Origin: Cenococcum geophilum
Lineage: Eukaryota
NCBI GenBank assembly: GCA_050273025.1
Contig: CP158636.1
Coordinates: 9,548,001-9,612,000 of the forward strand
Direction of reading: 5' to 3'
Length of the DNA: 64,000 bases
Below are positions 23,338 to 36,463 of this stretch, piece after piece. The position numbers were made by a program, and so were the translations under genes. Positions within the stretch are counted from its first letter, which is position 1. The number at the start of each line of letters is the position of its first letter. The notes below the pieces were generated by a model that was given only the letters and a program-made list of their open reading frames with translations, was not told the origin of the DNA and made no database searches.

Positions 23338-25510
23338 CAGTCGTTTTCGAAATATCGGTAAAAACCGCCAGGCCGCAGCAGCACGCATCACCCCATATAA
23401 TTCCACCAATATTAATCCAATTTATATGTATAGGGGCCCATTTTATTGCTCTATTCTAGGGCTATAAAACGGACCTTTATTTATAAAATGTAGAGCTATA
23501 TTAGTGGGGCTATAGTAGGTGCTTTGCAACGGCTGTAAAACTTAAATTGAGGCTCTGCGCTGACTATTCTAATCCGACACACCTGTTCCTAGAAATAAGT
23601 ACCCCCTATAACTCTACTAAGACAGCCTTAAATTATATAAATAAGGGCTTATTTTATAGCTGTCGGTATCACCCAAGTGCACTTGTATGGCCTATTAACT
23701 GTTGAATTAATTCTTATCTAATAGGTATAGAAAGCAGAGGATCGTAAGGATCGCGGTGCCTAAGTAGGGGGTTAATTAGTCACCATAAGGGTGACTAATC
23801 AAAGACACGACCGCGTAACGTCTGCCCATATACTCCTGTCCATATATTCCGACACTGGCAGTTCTTTCTTTATGCTTATGGTGCTATAGAAAGGTAGCAA
23901 GGCAGCAAGGCAGCAAGGTATCGGTTTAGCTGGAGGTGGAAGCAACAAAAGTCTATTTAGGTGGTAGTACGGTACCAGCGGCGGTAGTGATAGTGGTCAA
24001 GTATAGAGCTTGTCTATCAGTCGGTAGATCGCAGGCGTATAGGCACAATCATTCGGTCGGTAGATCGCAGGCGTATTAGCGCAATCAGTTGGTCAATGTA
24101 TCGTATGCATATTGGCACGATTATTGTCTGTGTAGGTAGTAGTACGGTACTAGCAACAGGGTCGTTTGGGTGGCAGTATAATGCTAGTAACGGGGTCGTA
24201 TTCGTAGGCGTATCGGCACGAATTCTTGTGTAACTACGTAACCTTTGTCTATACATTCCAACACTAGCAGTTCTTTCTTTATGCGTAAAACCACTAATAT
24301 ATAGACTCTGTTAACGTGGTATTCGTGGCTTGCAAAGGCCGTAGGAGGGAAGGGGGCACGCTGGCGTTTAGGGGCGTGCTATTAACGTGATTTTCGACGT
24401 AGCAGATCTGCAAGGAAGGCGGCAGACGGTGTCGGGGTTGTAGGGGGTGCTGCTGATGCTGCTGGGTTGTGGGATGCTGCTAACGCTGCTGGGTTGTTGG
24501 GTATTTGGTGCTGCTGACGCTGCTAGGTTGCTGTAACGCTGGAGTACTGCACGAGGCTGTTGGGTATTGGGTGCTGCTGATGCTGCTAGGTATTGGGTGG
24601 TGCTGCTGACGCTGCTAAGTTGCTGTGACGCTGGAGTACTGCGCGAGGCTGTTGGGTTATTGGGTATTGGGTACTGCGCGAAGCTATTGGGTTGCTGTGA
24701 TGCTGGGGACTGCTCGAGGCTGTTGGGTGTTAATTTATATGCTAAGCACACTAGGTAGTGGTTTGCTGCTGAGTTGCGTAGCTACGCTGGGGTACTGCGT
24801 AAAGCAGTTGGGTAGTTGGATGTTGGGTGCTGTTAAAGCTGGTGTGCTGTGTACGGCTAGAGCGCTGCCGTAGTACTGCTGGGGTAGCTGCTGCTGGGGT
24901 ACTGCCCGAGGGCTGTTGGACGTTGGGTGCTGTCAAAGCTGGGGGTACTGGCACTTAGTGAGGAGGTCGTACTGGGGGTTGATTTGCTGCTGTAGAACGT
25001 CTTATGCGTTGCGTATTTGTCGTATATTCTAAGCTACTGGGGTTAGGTGCTGCCTAAGCTGCTAGTGTGGTTTTGCTGCTAGGTACTGGAATGCTGCTTG
25101 CGATCGAACGAAGCTGCTGGGGCGGCAGTGAACCTTGTTGCTCTATAGCCAACCGGTGAGGTTAACCATTGATCAATGTCGGTATCACCCAAGTGCACTT
25201 GTATGGCCTATTAACTGTTAAATTGATTCTTGTCTAATAGGTGTAGAAAGCAGAGGATCGTAAGGATCGCGGTGCCTAAGTAGGGGGTTGATTAGTCACC
25301 ATAAGGGTGACTAATCAAAGACACGACCGCGTAACGTCTGCCCATATACTCCTGTCCATATATTCCGACAATAGCCCTATTCTAAGGCTATAAAATAAGC
25401 CTCTATTTATGAAATATAGAACTATATTAGTGGGGGTATATTGTTTTAATAGGGGGGTGATGCGTGCTGCTACGACCTGGCGATTTTTACCGATATTTCG
25501 AAAACGGCTG
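23338..25510. mobile_element. Tc1/mariner-type MITE (about 460 bp once the nested LTR element is removed)
   Basis: TIRs of about 58 bp, CAGTCGTTTTCGAAATATCGGTAAAAA.../...TTTTTACCGATATTTCGAAAACGGCTG, flanked by TA. Confidence 0.9.
23661..25370 (-). mobile_element. Non-autonomous LTR element, 1.7 kb, related to 20627-22261
   Basis: 194-bp LTRs at 23661-23854 and 25177-25370, TSD ATAGC, the same PBS-side and PPT-side motifs, low-complexity interior. Confidence 0.93.
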
Positions 25511-25512
25511 TA

Positions 25513-26855
25513 GGAGAGTCGATGGAAGAGGACGATATGGTAAAGAGTAGGTATGGCAATACCCTAGTATAGAGACGAACCGATGAGGAGGGAAGGGCTG
25601 CAAGCCCGAGTAAGGGTCAAAATAACCCTTATATGAGTATAGCAGCTATTATACAAAGACGAATTATACGGGTATTTAGGTGTGCTTAATTATTATTTTA
25701 CTTGTTCTTGCTTAATGTCTAATGTGGTCCCTATCTGGGTCTATATAGATAAATGCCGTTAAGTTAAGTAGAAAAAACCTCTAAGGGAGACGTGAGTGGT
25801 AATACTGTATGTGGTTAAGGGATATCTATCGCGTCGCAAAACCTATATTATAAAGTACTAGAATAAGGTGTAGTATAAGGCGGTATTTAATATAGTAAGG
25901 AAGCTTTAGAAGAAGTAGTATATATATCGCGAAGCTAAACCTAAAGTTACTCTTACTAACCGCTCTATATATATACTTAACGTCACTAATAGCGTAAAGA
26001 ACAAGTATAAAAACTTTATTAAAGTAAAGCCTACCTTAATTTAAGGCATAGCTTTATAGAAGTAGTTTGATCTAACTCGCAGAGCTAATTACCTATAGCT
26101 TTCTTAGATAGCTATTAATTTATTATCTATACCGTCTATATTGGTAGAAGCCAAGCGAATCTTTTTAGGTGGCCGTTAAACGATTATATGGGACCGTATA
26201 TAGCTTAGTAATAGAGATATTAAACGTATGGAGTGCTTAAAGAGTTAGTTAAGAAGTAATATTATAGCTAGCGGTAGACTTATAGCTATAGATATAGTAG
26301 ATAAGGCTCTTAATCACGGAGTACTAAGAGAGTAGTTAACTATAATACTAGGTTAAAGATCACCAGATTGAAGATATCAATTTCGGTGAGAGATTGGTCG
26401 GATTTTAAAGCTCTACATGGCTTAATTTCAACAAGAACACCATGGCAAGGCTCTACATATTATATCTAATATCCTATATTTAATATTCATTCAATATAAG
26501 TTACCAATATTAGCGTAGTTAGTTACCTGTCGACCTGAATCGGAGTTCCTTACTACCATCGTACTACTGTCTGACGACCTAGATCGTCTATACAAACTAT
26601 GTCTTAGTTGTCTCTCAATTTATAACTAAATATCTCATCGAATGTCTCATTACCTATTTTCTATTACCTATTTTGACTCAGTTGTCTAGACCTACCTAAT
26701 GTATATAAAGAGCTTCTAGAGCCCTCTTTAATAGACAGAGTTCTCATTCTTGATTGTCCGTTCAACATTACCCGACCTAGATGGACAGCCAGATTGGCCT
26801 CTTAATTAAAGCCGTCGGATTGGCCTGATTAATAAAGCCCGATTGCAAACGCCTA
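25513..26855 (+). mobile_element. hAT transposon 3' remnant
   Basis: De-RIP hAT dimerisation motif MAIDLLSIPS.S.EA.RIFSGGR...ECLKSW at 26108-26250. Possible right end ...TTGCAAACGCCTA. Boundaries uncertain. Confidence 0.7.
26528..26767 (+). mobile_element. Solo LTR related to the copia LTR at 8182-8386
   Basis: TGTCGA...TCAACA with TSD TTACC. Shares tatataaa and aatagacagagtYctcattct with 8182-8386. Confidence 0.88.
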
Positions 26856-27423
26856 CGGACGGCGGATAGGGTTGTATAGCTTAGTTTTAAGCCTTTTTAG
26901 GTATAGTTTAGGGGTAATTTAGGGGGAGATAGTGAATGCATGGACCACGTATGGGACCGAAAACAACGCGAACGCGTCATTCTGCCTCTCTTTCACGCGT
27001 ATCTAGAGGTGCTAAGAGCTCTATCAGTCGGATCCGGATTAACACGGATAATTTCATGGACTGACTGGATTGGGTAGCTAAAATTTGGGCGATCAATCGG
27101 GCGACGGTCAGTCTACGGACTGGCTACTTAATCGACTATGCTGATCAATTTCAATACGCCCTCATTGATATTGAATATAGGTTACCTCACTGCCTATGCA
27201 AAGCTGCCTTCAAATTTTCTTGCGCTTACAATCCCCTCATTTCCGCCAGCGCGCCTAAAACTTTTCGTTCAAATTCATAGTCACTCGTATCCAGTAGTAG
27301 TCCGGTTCATCCTGGATGTGCCAGCTCCAGCCTCCCCATCAAGTATCCAGATATTCGGAATGCGTTCCACACCAAAATGGAATAATCGTAGTATCGTTGC
27401 GGCAAGCGCCACACGCGATCAGC

Positions 27424-29899
27424 TCAATGTTTCGCTTCTTCAGACGAGCTTATAGATCGCTTGAAGATCTTCCTGGCATTCTCCCACTTTAGGCCGCGTA
27501 TTCTCTTCTTCTCGCTGCCCGGCTCGCCTTCTTTTCTCTTGCCTTGGTCGTTGTAGAAGCTCTGCTCCGACTTCTTGGATTCGTTGGATTTCTTGGATTC
27601 GTTGCTGTCTCTGTCCCCCGTACCTTTACCGGTGAACTGGCCTTTCGCACGCTCCAGCGGTTCTTCAACGGTTGCGGAGCGGCCCCATTGAAGCATCTCA
27701 ATCCTCTGCTTAGAACTTTCCTCTTCGCGATTGGTCCGCTCACTCAGATATGCCTCAGTTTCAGCGCGTTGCTTCTGTACGTAGAGGCTGGATTGTTCAT
27801 CTTGCAAATGCCGAGACGGATATGGATCTGGGAGCATCGCAATGAATTCCTCTGCAAGATATGAGAAGGTTTTAGCCATGGGGGTAGGGACTCCCCATTG
27901 AACTTCAATCCTGTTATTGGTACCCTTGGTGCCACCAACAGAGTACCAGATACGATCATGCATGGGCACAGAGTTGACTATACGCATAGGGGGGAGACTG
28001 CTTTCGGTAGACTTGCTCTCTTCGTGGAGATGCTCGTAGTATATTTGCGTAAATGCTGGGTCAGTGAAGAGACGCTTCAGCGCGGGAGGTGGCTCCGTCT
28101 CGGTACGTTTAAGGCAGAAGGGTGGTGGTGGTAGTCTCTCAATATTTGACGCCTTACCGGCGCGCGGGTATTGTATACTAGTGGTTGGTGGTGACATGGG
28201 TGACGGGTATATGCTGCTACCTTGAGATTCCCTATGGTAAGGTGTCGCGTAGACCGACTTTGGTGGATTTCCCGCACTGACGGAGCGCGTGCCATAGCCA
28301 GAGTCAAATACTTTTGAGTGGGTGAGAGTATGGGGGGGAGAATAGAAGTCAAGCGGATAAGGATCCTTAGCTTTCTTGCATGGTTTGACCGGAGTGGTCG
28401 GTATTGCTGGGAACTTCATCCCACTTGCAACTAGTTTCCTCTCGACATAATCAGTTTCCATCTCCTCAATCACTGATTGCACCTCGCCCAACGCATCATT
28501 AAACATTGGGTGGAAATCGGAAGCCGCAGCAGCAACCTGAAGTTGAGCGACTTCGTTAGTTGGTGCATCCAAGAGGATGTCATCGCCTAACGGTTTTCCA
28601 TAGTTGCGCGACATAATATCCCGGACAGTGGACGCAGTTCTTGTCTGCTCGGCCTGTTGCCTAAAGATGGAAGATCTTTTGCAAAGGCAGGGCTCGTCGG
28701 GTTCGGTAAAACAGGAGGTTTTACAGATGCAGCCTAGGACACAATCGCAGTTTGTAGATGGAATAACCACGCTGTCGAATATGGTCGATCCTTCCTCGTA
28801 TATTGGTCTCAGAGGATACAAAAGAGACTTGGTATCCACATCCGTCGGTACTGGCGTAACTGGCCTGCCTTCAATAATGGCCAGTGCGCGTGCGCGGTGC
28901 TCCTTGGCTGACATTGAAGCAAATCGTGCAACTTTGGCTTCAGCAGCTTGACGGGCGCGCAATAGATTCTCATTTTCTTTCAGGCGCTGCTCTTCAGCAA
29001 TAAGCGGGCGATATTTTTCCCACAGCAAAGCATTGATGTGTCCAGGACTCATTTTGGTGACATCCATCAAGCCTGTCAGAGCATCTTCCGGGAGGCTGCG
29101 GCCTTTCCCAAGTCTATCAGTCAGACTTCGCCGTAGATGGGCCGTAAACTCGGGCGTATTATTATTCGGATCGAAATTAGGGTTAAGGGTGACACCTTGG
29201 CTGTGGCAAACACGATTGCGGCGAACTGCGTTGTCTAAGGCGACTACAAGTCTGGGATCAAGAAGGATCGACCAGGTCACTTCCAAGTACTTGAGCATCT
29301 CCCATGCAGTGAATGGAGCATGAGACCGTAAATTTTCACCACGCTCGTGAAGAATCACGTCTGGAGTGATAAAACCACTCTCGAAACGAATAGCGAGGCT
29401 TTCGTGCAACTCACAAGTCTTCGCACATGTAGCGTAGAATACGTCTTCATAATCGGCAAGATCACGCTGTCGGGGTGACGACGAGGTGCGGCGGTGAGCA
29501 CGCTTGGAAGGGTGGCTTGCGTCGGTGGCATCTTTGGGTCGAGTAGGGCCAGGAGAGAACAGGCCTTGTTCAAGTCGATAAATGAAGAATATAAGTTGGT
29601 TTCTACCATCCTGTGTCTGAGTTTTATGTTGTGTAAGCTGAAGAATGCACAGAAGGAAGTCAGAAGCACGGCTTCCTCACTTGCTTGGTCCAGATAATTG
29701 AATTCTTTTCGTGCTCGTACAACTCTTTTGCTCGCGTGAGGATGATGGTCTTTGCGGTTGCATCTCTCAGTGCCATAGTTCCGCGGCAGGACTCTGGTGA
29801 CTTTCCGCCGCCGAGTTTCGCAATGCAGATGCCCGCAGGCTTAGCGTCCAGTTCCAATGGCGCCACTCCTTCGCCCGGTCTACTCACTTTTTGTGACAT
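27424..29899 (-). CDS. Hypothetical protein (about 800 aa) with a Cys cluster and a disordered Pro/Ser-rich C-terminus
   Basis: The 661-aa ORF stays open upstream to 29637. A putative 43-bp GT...CTGAC...CAG intron (29680-29638) joins it in frame to ORF 29660-29911. Start codon uncertain. Non-RIP composition. Confidence 0.75.
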
Positions 29900-31757
29900 G
29901 ACGATGAACAATGATGGATTACGATAGAGAAGGTATGCTACAAAGAGCTCAACTGACCAGCCATAGAGGTGTCGCGCTGGAATTGAGGAGTGGAGGTGTG
30001 CTGAAAGAGAAAAGTTGAGACGGGGGACGCTTCACGGCAGACGCACAAGAATGAGGAAGGTTGGGGACTCGATTAACCATGAGTGAAATAGTGAAATGGT
30101 TCGTGGAGTTTGATGTTGAGACGTGAATCTAATGGCGAAATTTACCCAATGCGGAACTCACTATGCAAAAGAGCGATGAGGAACACACACGACCCCAAGA
30201 GGGCTAGACCTCTTGGCGAGCTCCAACTACAGTACGTAAAGAGAAATTCCGTGATACTACTCTATTATTTCATGGAACTTGGGAAGGAATTATCTGTGGG
30301 AATCTGCGAGAGGAAGAGCAGTGGAGATATTTGCGCTCTAAGCGAACTGCTAGCTTTCGCTAGGTTGTCTTTCACCCCCCGTTGTATTCTTATTGCAACA
30401 ACTATTTGTGCACGGCTTATGTTAAGCTGGAATGACGTCAGTTATATTTAATAAATTGCCCACTTAATAGAACGGTAGCCCGATGTCTCCTGTCCTCCAT
30501 ACAGCACAGGCTTATAATCAGTACCATCACATCGTGGCGTTAGGCCGCGAAACAGCTACTCTCCATACGCGTCGGCTTTTTAGGTGAGGGCTATTATTTT
30601 CTCAATACTTAATTCTAGTGAAACTGAACGTACCTCTCATTTCCAACCGATTAATTCCCGTGCCTGCCCAACCAAATTCTCCGCAACCTCTTCAATGACT
30701 TTTCGATCTATGAACCCAGCTGCCACCAACCAGCCACCAACTAGTAAACTCAATGCTGCGGTTTGGCTTATGCGCCCTAAGGCGGAACCCCGCACGCTGA
30801 CCTCCTTTCCACTCTTAACGTCCTTATAAACGAATTCCTGCTTCCGGAAGAAGACACTGCGCCACCAGAACAAAAATTGCCAATCTGGATACGTGGTATT
30901 GTTCATGCCGGTTTTAGGATCTATGGCCCAGTTTATGCAACTGGGAGACCAGACGAGCCTTTTGGCCTCGCGCCGTGTCCATGCGCCATCGGCGCAGGCA
31001 GCTTTGGGCTTGACTTCAACGAAGCTAGGGGAGGGGCTGAAAAAAGGTAAGGACGGGAGGATTGAACGTGAACGATACGCGGGAAGGGTACGCAAAATGG
31101 GAGCAATGAGCCGTAGCATGAAGTTGATCTGACACTCCACGGTGTATATGACCGAAAGGTGACCCGTAACGGTGTTTTTGACAGTGAATGACTTTGAGCA
31201 GTTAAGTTGTTTTCAGAGTACGTGGATAGACCTACAGGCCCATCATGATGAAGAAATTGGGGAAGCTCGAAACACAGGTTCCGAAATACGCCTGAGCTAC
31301 GCCTTGGCTTGTGGCATCCCCGCTAACATCAGAAGAATCAGTGAGAAGCGATTTGAGTCAAGAGGGTTTACGACATGGTCGTTTAGACTGATGCCTTTTT
31401 CACCTCTGATTTCCATAGGGAATAGCGTTTGTTGTGTCTCAAACCCAATTGCGAGCACAATTGCGTCTGTCTTTGGAATGAGAGCGTCCTAATATTTTTT
31501 GGTGCTATCTGTTTTACATACACCTTGGTTTGCCCACCCTCAATGGCAAATCCAGGTAAGTCTCGCTCCATCTCCCAACAGAGCAAAGCACGGTATAAAC
31601 GCATGGTGAATGGAAGATAGCGCATAACCATCTTGAAGGCAGGCGAGTAATACCGGTTCTGTCTCTCGGCAAGATAATGTGCCTGGCGGTTGAATTGGGT
31701 AATCCGCTTAACAGCATTCGGGCCGCCGCTCATTATAGGCACGAATTGTGTTGCAGA

Positions 31758-34700
31758 CAGACTTGCTATTAAACAAACAAATCAAACGAAGGCCTTCAGG
31801 TTTGATTGTTTGCCTATATTAGAGCGTTCGTTTGATTAATTAATTGATTAGAAACAACTCAAACAAACAGTCAAACTTGTTTATCTCGTTTGGAAGCTTT
31901 ATATATAAAATAGTTAACAGTAGAATGCTCTATAAGTATAATAAAGATAGGAAACAGTTGCCCGCAGGCCCTTGCGCAGTATAGTAGTAATATTTTAGGG
32001 TTAAGAGAGTTTGTAATAGACTTTTGGTATTACAGAGATAGTTATATAACTTTAGTTTTAACAAAGAACTTCGTCCATTAAGATTCTGCCTAAAAATTAA
32101 TCGCTACCTAGAATAACAGCAATATTAATTTAGCTATTACGCTAAACCTTAGAACTTATTATTATAGGTATATTAATTGACTTATATAACGGTAGGTTTA
32201 TAAAATATAGGGGGAAGAAAGAATCTTGTTCTATAGAGAATTAATAAAAAATCTAATTTTATAAAGGACCTGCCTAAAAGTTAGCAATCTAAGTTAAATA
32301 GTATAATCTCCGCTTAAATCCAAACTAGTATCTAATTTCCTTATTAAAAAAGGTTATTTTTTTAATAAAGCCGTTGTAATTAAAGCTGCGATTATATTAT
32401 AAGGCCGCTATTATATCTGGCTTTATTCTTAATTATTAAGGCGCCAGTATATTACCTAACTTACTAAAAATATATTTACAGTTATAGCTTATTACTAGAA
32501 TTAAAAGGATATTAAGCGCCATCTGGCTAATGTTTAGATATTACTCTATTATTATAATTTAGTAGAGGAACATATTCTAAGCCAGTAGGTACTCCTCTAG
32601 TAGTAGGTTAAGCTTCTTCCACTCCTTATACTTATTATTATTATTATTAGCTAAAGAGAAAGAAGAGGGCGTAGTATTAAGACCTATAAAGCTTCTAGTA
32701 AAATCATTAATATTAAATTGCTAGCTTTAGCTCTTTTTAACTACCTACTTCCTAATTCGCGGCTTTTTACCTTTATATTAAAGCTAGAGCGTCTAAAAAA
32801 AGGCGTCGCCTTTAATAATCCATTTAGGCCTATCCTCCTAGGCGTTTTAGTAGAATTGCTTTAGATTTAAGTATAGAAGAACGGCTATATAGTAAACGGG
32901 CATATTATTAAGCTTACTCTACGCCGCGTTAATATTAATATTGTAGTAATCCTTAATCGCCTCTTAATTAGGATAATCCTTTATTATCGCCTTAGCTATT
33001 TAAGCCTTAGCTTCTTTAAATATCTTTATAAGCTACTCTATATAAGGAAGTACCTCCTAAATTACGCTATTGCGCCTAGCTCTACCTCTTACTTTAAGCT
33101 TAAGAGTTACCTTATAAAGCGGCTAGAGGATTGCGATATACTACTTAATAATATCCTAATTATACGCAGTAAGGCCGCTAACTTTAATATAGAGAGGAAG
33201 CTCCGGAATCTTCGCTTTTAATAGCTTCTTCTATTATACTTAAGCTACTTTAATAGCCGCAATCTTCTTATTCCATTTATTAATATTATACGCTATTATT
33301 ATTAATATAGGTCCTTATAGATTAACAGCCCGTATAAATATTAGTAGGTAGCTATTCTACTAAGTTTTAATAGGTGTAACTACCTCGCGGACTATAAAGT
33401 TATCGCGCGGTAGTATATTATTGTCCTTTTGCTAAAATTAATAAAGCTTTTTATATTTTTAAGGTAAATAGATTAAGTAAATAAAATTAATAAGGGTTCT
33501 AAGCGGGCCTTACTTTTGCTACTTATTAAGAAAGGCTTCTTTGGCCTATAAGGTTTATCAGCAATTAATAAAAAAAAGGTAATAGCGACGCCTACCTATA
33601 TTAATATTCTACTTATTATTAAAAAAGTCCTTATCCTTACTAAAAAGGTAGGATTAAGCTACTAGGTTAAAGATATAGGCGACATACTAAATATAATACT
33701 CTTTACTATTAAATCCGAGTTTAATTATAAGGTTATTAACAGCCGTGTTATTATTATAAGCGTTATCTATAATAAACCAGCTAATTTAATTAGTAAGGCC
33801 AAATTTAAATATAATATTGCTAACAGTATCGGCGTAGTTAAAGCCACTATACTTACTAAGTTGCTCTAGTAAAGCGAGCAGAAAGTCGCGAATTTGGCCT
33901 TTAGCATTAATATAGTAAATATAAATACTAGTAAGCGCCTTCTTTTTATCCTTTATTATCTAGCCGTTAAATAATATATAAATAAGCGATAATAATATAC
34001 CCAGTTCTTCCGTTATTATGCCTTTATTACCTTTATATTTAATAAGGATCTTAGTATAAATTAACTAGTAGTTCTTATATAGATCGCGCTTGGCGTCCTT
34101 ATTAGCGGCGCTAATTAAGGTATAAAATTTAGGTTACTTAATCTCTTATAGAGGCTAGTTACTAGCCACCAGCTAATTAATTAACGCGTTTTTAAAGGTC
34201 TTAGTATTATAAGCCGCGATTAGCTTATTAGCAATAACTTATAAAATATAGTGTTTTTATTAAATTTACTCTAAAACAGTTCCTACGCGCTTTTAACTAA
34301 AATAATTAATAGTTTTACCGTCCTAGCCAATTTAGTAGCCCTCTATATCCTTAGTAAGATATATCTTTACTAAGGATATAGCCTTACCAGTCTTATAAAG
34401 TATTACTTTAATATTATACTTATAGTAGTACTTATATAGCTAAACGGTCGATTTAGTATTATACTACTACTAAAGTTGCTAGCTATAGTCCTAAATATAG
34501 CTTAGAGTACATTTTAGGCTAAAATAAGGCTGTTAGTACTTTAGTACCTTATCCTAATTAAGCCCTATATAATTATTATCGTCCTATACTAAGCTACTTT
34601 TAGTAATATTAATATTAGAGGCTTCGGCGGCCTTAGTGTCTATAACTAAGTATATTTCTTCTATAAGATTAGTAAGGTTAGCTTTAGTAAAATAGTAGGA

Positions 34701-35013
34701 TATATTAGAGGCGGTATATTAATAATAGGCGACGTAGTAGTAGTAGGTATTAACTTTTCCATAATTAGGTATATTATATTACGCCTATATATATTATATA
34801 ATTGCTTAAACCTTATTACTAAATTACCTACTCCCCCTAAAACCTAAAACTCTACTAAATATATATATAAACGACCCAATCTACCCAAACAAACGAGCCT
34901 CCCTTTGGATTGATTAATTGCTTATTCCTAGCCCTCTAGATTATTTGTTTATTTGGTATAAATAAACAAACAATAGAAACAGGCAAACGGCTGTTTGTTT
35001 ATTAGCAAGTCTG
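31758..35013 (-). mobile_element. Full-length hAT DNA transposon, RIP-degraded
   Basis: TIRs CAGACTTGCTATTAAACAAACA / TGTTTGTTTATTAGCAAGTCTG, 8-bp TSD GTTGCAGA, de-RIP MALDILSIPAMS.DCER.FS at about 32460-32525 on -. Confidence 0.95.
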
Positions 35014-35332
35014 GTTGCAGAACATCCATTTCCTAAGTGGAAGTTTAGCTACAATGTCTTGCATTGTAGGGAGAATGATTATACCCAGAACTACAACATC
35101 TTCATTCTTCTAATCAAAACTGTATCCTATTTAACAGAGTGAAACAGTAGACCCTGGAAGTTTAATGCTCCTGGTGTTTCGCATTCCTTAGGGACGGAGA
35201 GAGCCCCGACTGGGGACACGAGGATTTTGCATCGGCGCGTCTTGCTTTCGTTCGTCTTCTGGTCTTTGATTGCAACTACCCAAGTAGCTGTATTCTCTTC
35301 CCAGATGGCCTTTTCTACGGTAGAATGGAATT

Positions 35333-35515
35333 TGTAACCGACTACCGGTACCATGTCAAAACGTCATTTGTCTCACTAGCGTACCACCTTGTTTCAGTTG
35401 CCTAGCCCTTGACTCGCTCACCGACTCGGTCTACTTTCATGTATTTATATCACTTGATTTCCATAGATTTACAATCAAGTTGCTCGTTCAATTCCCACAC
35501 ACTGCAAAGCTTACA
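35333..35515. mobile_element. Solo LTR inside the monooxygenase
   Basis: TGTAAC...TTACA, 183 bp, TSD GAATT. Removal restores ...PHIQFHSTVE. Confidence 0.88.
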
Positions 35516-36463
35516 GAATTGGATGTGAGGTACGATATTATATTGTTCGGCGATGGAGTGGAAATACTTCTGTATCTCAGGTCGCATCGAGTACTTTCGA
35601 GGCCAGTCAGGATTGAAAGCAAATGAGTGGGAGTAGAAGCGTGAAGCAACCTAAAATACCGTTAGCAATTATGGAAGAACATATGGTGACATGGAAGATT
35701 GGTACATCACAACCGCATCCCGGGTAGTGTTTACTAACCACGTTCCTCCAACGTCATTCGACTTTTCTATGATCTCAAAGCTATTGACTCCGAATTTCCT
35801 TATGAGCTGGATAGCCAGGCCAAGGCCCGACATGCCAGCTCCAATGAGGACTTCTGTATCAAAGGACACAGTTGTAGATTCTGTATAAAGGAATTCTGAA
35901 GTGAGGGTTGCAACCTTTGATGTAGGAATAGTAAGGAGCCGTGAGAGTTTAAGTAGAGGTCGGCTCCCCAAAGGGCAAACCTGAAGTAAGTCTAGCATCA
36001 TTGTTGCACAGATAGCTCTCTGAAATGTGGGATTCTTTAGTTATCTCCCCACAGTTGCAACTGCTTTGTGGGATGAAGCTGTGGGTGAAGATGAAAACCA
36101 AACGGAAGGTAAGCCGAGTAACTGGAAGGACGCTAAGGGCATCTAGGCACAAGAGGCGTTCATCAGCATTAATAAGCGCTAGCGCAAATTGCAACCATCT
36201 CAGCCCTTCACTTTCGTCCGGGAGCTGCATAGATTCCTAGACAAGCGGAACGGTGCAATTAATGATATCCTTGTAGGCGAGCCATCATTTATTCCAATCC
36301 CACTCTAGCACACTCAGTTACTTCAGCCAAATGGCCATGATCGTCAATAGTCAGCCGCATGCGCTTTGATCGCAAGAACATTATATACATCTGCAAAAAG
36401 TGCTCGATATATTTATGTACTCTCAATCTTTCTACTCATGCTATCATAAAGCTCTCCGTCCGT

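Larger units (their letters stand above)
30637..36001 (-). pseudogene. Flavin-dependent monooxygenase (Baeyer-Villiger/FMO-like) pseudogene
   Basis: Motifs [13 protein letters not shown]...PGCGCDV (frameshifted), FQGLLFHSVK* (FxGxxxHSxxW with W to stop), GNGCSATQFVP split by a hAT, and C-terminal ECQINF and VWSPSCINW. Also interrupted by a solo LTR. Confidence 0.88.

Noticed and set aside
24368..24954. Several Q/P/S-rich or hydrophobic ORFs
   Set aside because: Low-complexity repeats inside a non-autonomous LTR element, with no recognisable domain.
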